A DNA stretch of 48,374 bases from Thraustochytrium aureum (Eukaryota), in assembly GCA_012862495.1 (NCBI GenBank), contig BLSG01000449.1, positions 119,483 to 167,856 of the forward strand. Direction: 5' to 3'. Shown one piece after another: positions 1-10,465 of the stretch (the stretch's first letter is position 1; each line of letters starts with the position of its first letter). A program made the translations under genes and the position numbers. The notes under the pieces were generated by a model that worked only from the letters and a program-made list of their open reading frames with translations, had not been told where the DNA came from and searched no databases.

Positions 1-208
1 CCTGAATACCGCTAGGTTTCGCGCCGTCTCCAAGGGCGGCGGCGGCGGGAGATATGCCAGAAGCGGGAGCGGCATCGGCGCCGCCGCTGGGGCCACCGGA
101 GCCTCGGCGACCGGCGCGACGCGGCGGTTTCGAGCCGGAAGCTTGCTGTCCAGGACCCGCTCAGCCAGCGCGAGGTACCAAGCTCGGCCCGAGACGCCGC
201 GCCCGAGG

Positions 209-1651
209 ATGGGCAGCCGCAAGGACAGCAGCGTGCACGCCGTGGACCTGGCCGTGCTGGAGAGCATGGCCCTACCAGAGGACACTGATGCCCTCGAGCT
301 CCACCACGAGGACGCCTGCGCCAAAACACCCAACATCCAAGACACAGTGGACGAGGAGGTCGAGGAAGATGTCTGCCTCATCTGCATGGGTCGGTTCACC
401 AAGAAAAGAACCTCGATCCTCATCCCTTGCTCGAAAAAGTGCAACCTGGCCCCCGTGCACGCCAAGTGTATCTACGAGTGGAAAGAGCAAAAGAAGGGCG
501 CCGGGACCTGCCCGCTGTGCCGCTCCGACCTCGGCGAGGTCGACTACCGCCCGCCCGACCTCCTGCAGATGCACAACCTGGTCATGTTCAACGCTCGCAA
601 GCAGTTTTGCCTCTCGCCCATCCCCAAGGGCGCCGGCATGGTCCGCTGCTACATCAAGGCGCGCAACGGGTTTTGGGGCTCCCCCATACACTACGAGATG
701 TTCGTGCAGGCCCCGACCACGCTGCGCTATCCGCTCGGCGTGCTCCCCGGCGCAGACAGTCCCGAGAAGGGCGACCGCCTCCTGCTGACCGCGCACAAGC
801 GCCTCACAAAGTGGGGCAACTCGGTCATCGACATCTCGCTCGACGAGCGCGGCTCCGACTTTTCGCGCTCCGGCCCCAACTACGTCGGCTCGGTGCACGC
901 GAGCACGTCGGGGCTGGAGCACTCGGTGACCATGCCGTTCCACTCAAGCGCACACGGCTCCAACGCCGGCGGGCACCGCGAGCTCGCTGCCATTACCTAC
1001 ACGCAGAATCGTGTCGGGTCCGCCTCGGGGCCGCGCCGCATGCAGGTCGCGCTGCCCAACGTCAAGGCAGTGGATTTCGCTGAGGAAGCCAACGCTTCTG
1101 GCAGCATGCTAGGCGCAACGCCTTCGTCCTCGGGCACTGCTGGGGCCGCCGTGGCCGAAGGCGCCGCAGCGGGCACGTCGGCGGTTGACATTACTCTCGA
1201 AACCGGGGAGGACGACGACGACGAGGACGACGACGAGGACGACGACGAGGAGGAGGATGAGGCCATCCTCACAAAGCGGTACGTCACCGAAGTGTACCGT
1301 CCCAAGGGCAAGGCTGATCAAATGATCTCTATCCTGCGCAAGGGCCGCCAGGCCGTCGTCGACAACGACGATCTCGTCTTTGGCCAGAACAAAGAGCCGT
1401 ACTGGCTCGACTCGATCCAGGCCTACAGCCTCGACTTTCAGGGGCGCGTCACGCTGCCCTCGAACAAGAACTTTCAGCTCGAGATCGCCTCGATGCCCGA
1501 GGCGATCGGCATGCAGTTTGGCAAGGTCGTCGCAGCCGATGACGGGATCCCCTTTGCTGTGTACACTGTCGACCTCCAGTGGCCGCTCTCGCCGCTGCAG
1601 GCCTTTGGGATATGCCTCTCTTCTTGCGACCGCAAGCTTGCAGTGGCCTAG
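209..1651 (+). CDS. RING-finger (C4HC3-like) + Tubby C-terminal domain protein
   Basis: RING-type pattern CLIC...CSKKC...HAKC...W...CPLC. The C-terminus NKEPYW..IQAYSLDFQGRVTLPSNKNFQL...QFGKV...VDLQWPLSPLQAFGICLSSCDRKLA is the Tubby signature. ATG 209 has the AGGATG context shared with other genes here, but the frame is open back to base 2, so the true start could lie upstream of the window. Confidence 0.9.
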   Translation: MGSRKDSSVHAVDLAVLESMALPEDTDALELHHEDACAKTPNIQDTVDEEVEEDVCLICMGRFTKKRTSILIPCSKKCNLAPVHAKCIYEWKEQKKGAGTCPLCRSDLGEVDYRPPDLLQMHNLVMFNARKQFCLSPIPKGAGMVRCYIKARNGFWGSPIHYEMFVQAPTTLRYPLGVLPGADSPEKGDRLLLTAHKRLTKWGNSVIDISLDERGSDFSRSGPNYVGSVHASTSGLEHSVTMPFHSSAHGSNAGGHRELAAITYTQNRVGSASGPRRMQVALPNVKAVDFAEEANASGSMLGATPSSSGTAGAAVAEGAAAGTSAVDITLETGEDDDDEDDDEDDDEEEDEAILTKRYVTEVYRPKGKADQMISILRKGRQAVVDNDDLVFGQNKEPYWLDSIQAYSLDFQGRVTLPSNKNFQLEIASMPEAIGMQFGKVVAADDGIPFAVYTVDLQWPLSPLQAFGICLSSCDRKLAVA

Positions 1652-1816
1652 CCGCGGAAGGCGCGGACTCTTACCCCCCAGCTGCCGGTTGCTGGCCTGG
1701 CCTTTGTGCGGTCAGTGCGCGTGCGCGCAAAATGTATTTTCACCTCGTAGAGTTGCGTGAATCGAGAGCAAGCTGGACACCTCAATCGAATTCATTTCAT
1801 CATTCATCTTGAAATT

Positions 1817-4800
1817 TCAATAAAACCGCGGGGATCGCGGCGAACTGCCGCCGTCAGGGCCGACAAGGGACTTGCTCTTCGACCTGCTCGCCCCACGCGC
1901 ACCGCTGCCCTTTCGGCCCTTGCTGCGCTTGCGGGGCGACCGCGACCGCGACCTGGACCGGCCCTTTCGGCTTGGCTCGAGTCGCCCTTCGCGCTCGTCT
2001 GCGTCAGAAAAAGCGAGCTCGTCCACTTGGTCCGCGCCAGGGTCTGCGAACCAGCGCGGCGCCCGAAGTCCTTGGCCCGTTGCCGCGCCGCCGCCCTGTG
2101 CCGCCGCGCCTCGAGTTTGGCCCGCCTCGTGGCGCAGATTGTCGTACACGTGGTACTCGGCCGAAGTCCCTGCCCGACGGTACGCGTCATCCAGCAATGG
2201 CTTAATGTGTGGCCACTGGGTCGCCTTGCCGCCAACAGGGCAAGGGCTGTCGCACATCCCGCACGAGACGCGGCCCGGCTTGACTTGCTTGTAAAAGCAC
2301 ACCGGGCAGTCCCAGAGCCCGCTCGGCCGCACCGAGCCAAACGAGGCACCACCATGTGGCACTGGCGCAGAGGGCGGCGCTGCAATGAGGGCACCGACCC
2401 CGCCGAGGCGGCTTCCCGACAGCGTCTGAGACATGGCCTGCTGCAGACCAAGAAACTTTTCGCGCTGCGCCGGCGTCGCAGACTCTGCAAACCAACGCCC
2501 CAGCGCATCGGGGTTCCAAACCTCGTCCCGACGGCCCCCGCCTGACCCCGCCCTCGCCGGAGCGACCCGGCGAGGCCGCCCGCATCGAGCCCCGGAAGGA
2601 GGCGCCCACCGCGCTCAGGCTAGACAGCGCAAAGTCTCGGTACTTGACCTTGTTGGCGTCCTGGGCGTCCGCGAAGAGGTCTGCCACCGCAGAGAGCTCC
2701 GAGCCAGACAGCGGCATGTTGAGGTCCTTGGCGGCGCGCTGGAACGCGTGCCGAGCCAGCACGCCGACGGGGCGCCGCTNNNNNNNNNNNNNNNNNNNNN
2801 NNNNNNNNNNNNNNNNNNNNNNNNNNNNNNNNNNNNNNNNNNNNNNNNNNNNNNNNNNNNNNNNNNNNNNNNNNNNNNNNNNNNNNNNNNNNNNNNNNNN
2901 NNNNNNNNNNNNNNNNNNNNNNNNNNNNNNNNNNNNNNNNNNNNNNNNNNNNNNNNNNNNNNNNNNNNNNNNNNNNNNNNNNNNNNNNNNNNNNNNNNNN
3001 NNNNNNNNNNNNNNCGCCGCTTGCCCTCATACCTTGCGAAGACCGCAACGGGATCGATTTGCTCGTGTTGGAGGAGGTCCAGGTGCTTGCCTGCCCGAAC
3101 GATGAGGTTGTCCACCTCGGTGTCGTCATACGAGACGAAGCGGCAAAACTCAAAGTAGTCAACGCTGCCCGACCCGTTCGTGTCAAAGCGCTGCAGCAAT
3201 AGCTCCAGCTCGTCCTCAGATAGGGCGAGCCCGAGGCGGTCGCAGGCTTGCTGGAACTCGCGCCGAGATATTTTGCCGTTCCCGTCCGCGTCAAAGAGCT
3301 TGAAGGCGTGCCTGAGGTCCACCGAGTGGCCCCTGCGCGCGCTGACGGACCGTATCTTGTCGCGCACCTTGCTTTCCACGGCGAGCATCTCGATCTCGCT
3401 GGGGGCGCAGGCCTCGCAGAAGGCCTGGTAGTCCACCTTGCCGTTTCCTGCGCGATCGAAGCGGTCCATGAGCTTGCGCACCTCGGGGCCGCTCAGCTTG
3501 ATGTGGCCCGGCAAGAGCTGGTCCAAGCACTTGCGAAACTCGCGCCGCGACAAAAACCCGTCCCCGTTCACGTCATACTGCTGGAACGCTTCCCCAAAGG
3601 ACATGCCCAGCCGCGCCTGCGCGCGGAGCTCGTCCTTCATGCGCACCACCAGCTCGTCGATGTCGGCCTCGCTCAGCTCAAACAGCGCGGAGAACTCCTC
3701 CAAGTTAATCTTGCCGTCGCCGCTCCCGTCAAACTTGCGCAACACGGCTCGCAGCTCGCCCGGGCTCAACTCGAGCCCGCCTAGCAAGCCCGGCAACGCC
3801 TTGGCCAGCTCCCCAGCCGAAACCTTGCCGTCGCCGTTGCGGTCGAGCTGCGCAAAAGCTGCCTCCACGTCGGGGCCGCCCCCGCCGCGCTGTGCGCTTC
3901 TCAGCGCGGCGCGGATCTTGGCTTCCACCTCCTCGTAGGCGACGCGCTCGGGCTCGAACCCGCTCTCCCCGAGTACGCGCGAGAAAAAGTGCTCGTAGTT
4001 CACGAGCGCACCGCCGCCGCGAAGCGCGGCAGCGTGCTGCGCGAGCACGCAAAGCTTGGGCAGCGGTAGCTCGCACTCTGCTGCGCGAAGGACACGCGCG
4101 AGGTCCTTGAGCTTGACCGTCCCCGACCCCTCTTTGTCAAAGAGGCGGACCACATCTTCCCAGCGAAACCCGCGCTCCAAAACGGCCTTGCCCACCCGCT
4201 CATTGACGTACTTTAGCGCCATGCTTGCCTCATGCTCGGTGTCCGGGTCTTCCCAAGCTTCGAGGTCGCGGCCGCCTCGCAATCCCTCGTCGCTTGACCC
4301 AGACGCCAGCGACTCGCCGGAGAACGCCGACCGGCGCCCCGGCGAAGCGCCTGGGGACTGGCCGTAGGAAAACAGCGCCTTGCAGAGGGCCGACGCTGAC
4401 GGACGGCCGCCCTCGCCAAAGCATGCCGTCCACAGCCCCTTTGGAAAAGCCGAGACCTCGACGGAAGCCATCGCGTCGTTAAAGTCGCGTCGGGTGACGC
4501 GCGCGGGGTCCGCATACTCGCCCAGCACGCGCTGAAAGCGCGCAACGGACTTGACAACTCGCTTGACGCGCTTTGCATACGCGGCCACCTCGGCTCGTGC
4601 TGAGCGGGACAGTTTTTCGAGCACTGTGTTGGACCGCCGCCCTCGCGGCGAGCCCGCCCGCGAGCTGGCCGGGCTCGTCCCTCGGCGCGCCCGGCTTTGG
4701 CGACTGGACCGTCGGCGCTGGCTACTTGCGCCTCGCCACGAAGCGTCGCTCTCGCTCTGAGAACGCCCGTCGTCGCTGCCGCCGCCGCCAGAGTCTGACG

Positions 4801-7800
4801 CGCTTGCTTCTGACGCGTGGCCACTGAGGCCGTCCAACCATTCGAAGAAGGCCTCGTAGTCCACCTTGCGCTTCGACGACGGCGCCACAAAGCTGGCCAG
4901 AACCTGCGCGAGCTGGCGGCCCGAGAGGTACTCGGCGAGGAGCTCGCGAAAGTCGCTCTTGGCGACGGTGCCCTCGCCCGCCGCATCGAGGGCCTGGCAC
5001 TCCTCTTCGATCTCTTGCGAAATGGGAACGAGCTGCTTGAGCGCTACTTGGCGTAGTCGCCGCCCCTGCACGGTCTTGTTCTGGAGGCGCGCGGCGGGCG
5101 ACCCTGGGCTGGCGGCGCCGTGGTCGCGTTTGAGAAACCTGGCCAGCGCACCGCGGTTTACCTGCCCATGGCCCGCCAAGTCGAGGCGACGAAACACAAG
5201 CGCCAGTTGGTCCTCCGAGAGCTGCACCTCCTGCGGCACAATTCCGAGCCTTTCGAGTCCGGCGCGCAGCTCGGGCGGCCCGAAGGCTCCGGCGTGCGCC
5301 GCGTCAAACTTGTCGTAAAGCGAGTCGACGCGGCGGCCTTGCTCCATGTATCGTCGACGCAAGGCAGCAAACACGAAGAGCGCCCGTGGGTCGCCGAGCC
5401 GGCGCTCCTCCTCGTCGATGAGGTCGCCGGCGGCCGAGGTGCGCAGCGCCTCTCGAGTGCGCTGCGTCGCGGCGACAAAGGCGAGAAACTCGCCGATGTC
5501 GACCTCGCCGTCGCCGTCCTGGTCAAAGCGCTGGATGACCAGCTCGAGTTCTTGGGGGCTGAGCCGCGCGGGCTGGCCGTCGACCTGCAGGCCGGCCAAG
5601 CCCGCTGCGAACTCCTCCTTTGAGAGCTTGCCGTTCCCGTCGGCGTCGAGCTGGCGGAAGAAGCGCGCCGTGTCGGCCTTGACGGCGGCGTCCACAACGA
5701 CGTTGAGCACGGCGTCCACGTAAGTACTTGAAGTGCAAAACTCGAGGAACCGCGCGCGCGACGACCCTGTGCGCAGCAAGAGCAGCGCCAACTCGGGCTG
5801 GCCCAGGTCCAGGCCTAGGTCCTCGCGCATCACCTGGCCGATCCGCGCGCGCGAGAGCTGCGCCGCCGAGGGGCCGAACACGTAGTCGCAGGCCGCGCGA
5901 AAGTCGCGCTGTGGGCCGGCGCGCTCGCGGGCGAAGGAGCGCACCTTGCGGGCCGCCGCCTCCACGGCCACAAAGCGGGCCGATTCGCGGAGGTCTTCGC
6001 GCGCCTTGCGCTGCAGCAAAACGTTGGCAAACTCGGTCGTGTCAATCAGGCCGTCGCCATCACGGTCAAACCGGCCCATGAGCGCCGCGCACTCCTCTGC
6101 GGTGAGCCGCACGCCGATAGACTTGAGGAGGCGGTGAAACTCCTTGGCGTTGCACTTGGCTGCGCCCCCAGCGCGACTGGGCCGGGAGCCGGTGGAGCTG
6201 CGAGCTCTGGGCTTTGTGGGCGCCGCGGCGAACCACTTGCGGACCTGCTGCTTGGTGTGCACGTCGCGAGCGGCGAGGGCCGAGCGGATGCGCTCGACCA
6301 GGGCCGCAACTTCGGCCGGGTTGAACCCCACAAACTCGATCAGCTCGTCCCGGTCCACTTTGTTGTCTTTGTTGACGTCGAGCGTCTCCAAGACCCTNNN
6401 NNNNNNNNNNNNNNNNNNNNNNNNNNNNNNNNNNNNNNNNNNNNNNNNNNNNNNNNNNNNNNNNNNNNNNNNNNNNNNNNNNNNNNNNAGGAGCGTGCGC
6501 GCCCGCGCGCGCGAGACCCAGCCGCGGTCCTGGCGATCAAAGCGCTCCCAGAGCTTGTCGATGTCGAGGTCGTCCTCGCCGGGGCTCCCCGTCGTGGCCC
6601 TCGCGCGCCGCTGCGGACCGGGGCTTGTCGCGCACGAGGCGCACGAGTTCTTGGCGCGCCCCGTTCTCGGCCTGCTCGCCTTGAAAGTTGTGCTTGTAGT
6701 ACCAAAGGAAGACTTGGCTCCCGCGGTTGCCCGCGTTCAGGTCGCCCTCGATGCGCTTGTAGCCACGAAAGGGCGGCGTCCACAGTTTGCTGGCCAGGTC
6801 TTTGGACCTGCCCGCCGTGACGGCAATGTCCATGATCGGGAACTTGTCGTCCGCGTTGCGGCGGAACCAGAGGTACTGCTTGCGCGTAAACCAGGCCCCC
6901 TGATTGGTCTGGTACGGCTGCACGCACTGGTAGCCCAGCGTCAGCAGCGAGACGTCCTTGTTGCTCCGCGAGAGCGCCACGTCGGTGACTCGCGAGCGCT
7001 TGAAGGCTTGGTCATCCCCGCCAAAGGTGTGCGCGTTTGCGCGCTTGACGAAGAGGTGCACGCAGCTCCCGCGGCCGCGGTCGTTCAGATTGGAGGTCAG
7101 CCGCGTGTAGCCCTGCGCGAGTAGCTCTTCCTCTTCTTTCGGCTTGCTTCGCAGCCCCAGGCGGAGATCCACCACGGCAAAGTCGTCGCCGGCGGAGCCG
7201 TCCTGCGCTTTCTGCTCCTCCTCGGTTCGCGGCGCGCCGTTCGCGGCGCCTTTCCGCCCGCTGCTGCGGTGGCCGTTTGATTGGCCATGGCCTGGGACCC
7301 CGGTGCCTTCGAGAAAGAGCTGAAAGTCGCTCAAGTCCACCTCGCCCTTGCCTTGGGCGTCAATCATGGCCATGAGCCCGGCGAGCTCGCCTTCGGTCAT
7401 CACGCGCGTCCCGGTGTCGTCAAAGCTAGCGGCCAAGGCCTGGAACTCTGGCGCGCCGATCACGTTTCGCTTGGCGTTGCAGTATCGGCCGAACGTGGCA
7501 GCCACCGAGCCCTTGTCTTTCTTGAGCTGCTTCAAGAGCGCCTTGCGGAGCTTGACCGCTGCGGCGCCGACTGCGGCGCGGTCTAGCGAGACGAAGCTCA
7601 CAAACTCGTCGTATGAGACGCGCCCGTTCCCGTTCACGTCGATCTTGAACTGCTTGAGGAGCTCGCCCGCGTCCTCGCCGGAGACGTGGCGCCCGCCCAG
7701 GATGGCTTTGAGGAGAATGCGAAACTCTTCTGCGTCGATGTGCCCGTTGCCGTCCTTGTCGGTGCTCTGGAACTTTTCCTTGACGAGCCGCATCACGTCC

Positions 7801-8324
7801 TTGCCGTTCCTCGCCTGCTCTCGGATGGTCTTGCAGATCTCTTGGGCGAGGTCTGGCTTGTTGGCTTTCTTTCCTTTCCCTTTTCCGCTGGGCGTCTGCG
7901 CACTGCCTTTCCTGTGGTGGCGTCCGCTGCGGCTCGATGCCGAGGACTTGCTCGCGTCGCTCTCGGACGCGCTCTCTGCAGAGCTTGAGCTTGCTTTGGA
8001 TCCGGCGGCCTCGTCCTCTGATTCTGCTTCGCTAAAGTCTGGGGACAGGGGGCCGGCCGAGTAGTCGGAGGCGTAGTCGGGCCGGCGCGAGGTGCCGCTC
8101 TGCCCGTGTATTGCCTCGTCGTCGCTTGACCGGGCCCTGCGGTCTCGGCCTTGGTGCGCGCCGCGCTCCACCTCGTCTTCTGAGAATCCGTCTGACGCAC
8201 CTTCTTCCAGCCGCCCGGCCGAGTACGCGTCATCCTCGGAGGACCAGGTCGGTGAGGGCATCGTTGGGACCTTTCTCGCCCCGTCGGCGCTGCTGGCCGG
8301 CGACCTCGACCGCCGCCGCAGCAT
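1817..8324 (-). CDS. Giant multi-EF-hand protein (~2100+ aa) with MABP-like beta-prism domain and C-terminal RanBP2-like zinc finger; spans two N gaps and two apparent frameshifts
   Basis: Many DxDGxGxI/VxxxEF loops (DKDGNGHIDAEEF, DRDGDGLIDTTEF, DADGNGKLSKEEF, DQDGDGEVDIGEF, DVNGDGFLSRREF and others). ORFs 6537-8432, 2615-6391, 2202-2762 and 1817-2434 join into one protein if one base is removed from the C4 runs at 6587-6590 and 2546-2549. Start ATG is 8324 or 8261. Confidence 0.8.
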
Positions 8325-8376
8325 TCCGCAAAGTCGCTGCGGGCGCTGGGGACGGCTGGGGCGACGACTGCGTCTC

Positions 8377-8565
8377 GAGCGACCACTGCGGATTGGACCG
8401 AGCGACGACTGCGGATTGGACCGAGCGACCACAGCGGATGGACCGAGCGATCACTGCGGATGGACCGAGCGACCTCTGCGGGTTGGACCGAGCGACCACA
8501 GCGGATGGACCGAGCGAGCAATGCGGCTCGAGCGAGCTCTGCGGGCCGAGCGAGCACAGCGCCAG
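8377..8565. repeat. Minisatellite, about 9 copies of a 22-23 bp unit (GAGCGACCACTGCGGAT(T)GGACC) decaying to 18-bp units
   Basis: Units read directly from the sequence, immediately upstream of the EF-hand gene start. Confidence 0.9.
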
Positions 8566-9122
8566 GAGCCACAGCAGCGCCTGGAGCCGCGGGGCCGCAA
8601 TTCGACAGTCTGCTCTTCCGTTTTTTTTCTTCACGTCGTTTTCCCTTCCTTCCTTCCTTGGGTCAACGGTCACACTGCGTTCCCACGAACGCCCCGCAGC
8701 CTGGTGCGCCCGCGTTCCCGCGAACGACCCGCCTCCAAGCGTATCACCTCTTGAGAAACACGAGCTAGCTCTTGAGGGCCCGCAGGAAACACCGAAGGAA
8801 CAAAGAGCCCCGTTCCAGCGTCCCTCCCTGGCCGTTTCATGCACGGAGGGAGGGCCGGGAATCTGTACGTAGGTAGAGTAGATAGAGTACCCAGAGTAGA
8901 GTAGCGAGTAGAGTAGCAGGGAGGAGTACCTCTCTAGCTAGAGCTAGGTTGGGTAGGTACGCAGTTGGCTATTTATTTCGCTGCTGGCGTTGGTGGCGTG
9001 TGAATTGACTGGCTCCCTGTGGCACGCCAAGTGGACTGCAGGGGGAGGGGATCCAAGAAGGGAGGATCCAACGGCGGTTCCACCAGACGCCCTCCCTGCA
9101 CAGTGGCGCGGCCAAACGCACA

Positions 9123-9158
9123 GGCCTCCCTGGCGGCCTCCCTGGCGGCCTCCCTGCC
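9123..9158. repeat. 12-bp tandem repeat GGCCTCCCTGGC x3
   Basis: Read directly; the last copy is imperfect. Confidence 0.8.
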
Positions 9159-10127
9159 CTCACAAAGCAGGCAGCTTCTCTCGCACACCTCCGTCTCCCC
9201 TCACAGCGCTGGGGAATAATACCGACCCGGCGTATGCGCCCCAGTTTTGGTTCCCCCTCCCAAGATCCATTCCCACGCGCGCCGTTCCCGTGCGCTCGCC
9301 ACCCGCTCCCCTCCGCGCGCCTCTCCTACAGACCCCGCGCACGCTCCGCCACCTCCCCTGCCGCCCCTTTCCGGTTCCGGTAACCGTCGTCCACCCAACC
9401 CACCGGACACAGCGAATGGATAGCGGGGCGGTTCTGGGCGCCAAGCAGCGGGAATGCCCCTCTGTTTTACGCTGCTTCGCATGGGAGGTGGAACAGAGAG
9501 GGGCGCGTGGTGCGCGAGAGAGAGAACGGCGAAAGCGGCGCGAAACAAGGCGCCGGAACCGACAAACCGGCCCAAGCGCCGTCGGCTCCCACCCTCCCTT
9601 GCCTGCCTGCCCTGCTTGCTTGCTTGCGTGCCTCCTCACTTCCTCGCGGCGGCAGGAGGGGCGCCATCTTGCCCGAACCATGCAGCACAGCAGCAGGAGC
9701 AGGAGCAGGAGCAGGAGCAGCCGAGCCGTGCAGGCTCTCCTCTCCCCTCCTGCTCGCTTGCTGGTTGCTGGTTGCTGGCTTGTGGCTCTCACTGGCCGGC
9801 TGGCGGCCTGCCTCCGAGGAAGGGAGGAGGTGGATTCGACCGAGCTGACGCGGCCCAAACCGCCTCCACCGGCCGGCGCCAGAGAGAGAGAGCGGAGTGG
9901 CTGGCTGGCGACGCGCCGCCCGCGCGCCTCTCAACGGCGGCCCGCTCCTCACGGCGCGCAGGCCCAGAAACGACGGACTCGCTCGCTGCGAGTTCGGGAG
10001 GAGGCCTGGGCGAGCGAGCGATCACCTGGCCTTGCTTGCTACCGTGCGAGCCTGCAGGCTGCCGGGCTTGCACGAGAGCGGGCGGGCGGGGGATGGGGAT
10101 CGATCGACCGGCGCGCCTTGCGGCCTT

Positions 10128-10288
10128 CGTCGTCGTCGTCGTCGTTGTTCAAGTTGTTGTTGTTGAATGAATTTGTTGTTTTTTTTTGTTTTTTTTGCCT
10201 TTTTTTTTGCCTTTGTTTTTTGTTTTTTTTTGTTTTTTTTTGCCTTGTTTTTTTTGTTTTTTCGCCTTGTTTTTTGTTGTTGGTTTTT
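10128..10288. repeat. Low-complexity (GTC)n/(GTT)n and poly-T tract upstream of the cysteine-synthase gene
   Basis: Long T runs interrupted by G or GCC within an otherwise GC-rich background. Confidence 0.85.
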
Positions 10289-10465
10289 GGAAAGGAGGCT
10301 GACCGGAAGGAGCAGAACATTGAAAGATGGCGGCAGACACCGAACGCGTGACCAGGCACCTGGCGGCCAGTGCCGTGCACGGTTGACGCGCAGCTCGAGC
10401 GCTCTTCTCGCGACGACGGTCTCGCGCCAAGACGCTGTCTGACTGACTGACTGACTGGGACCAGG

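Noticed and set aside
2546..6590. Programmed ribosomal frameshifting in the EF-hand gene
   Set aside because: No slippery heptamer is evident, and the same homopolymer indel pattern occurs in unrelated genes, favouring sequencing error.
8990..10351. 453-aa ORF
   Set aside because: Low-complexity translation of microsatellites and poly-T, non-ATG start and no domain.
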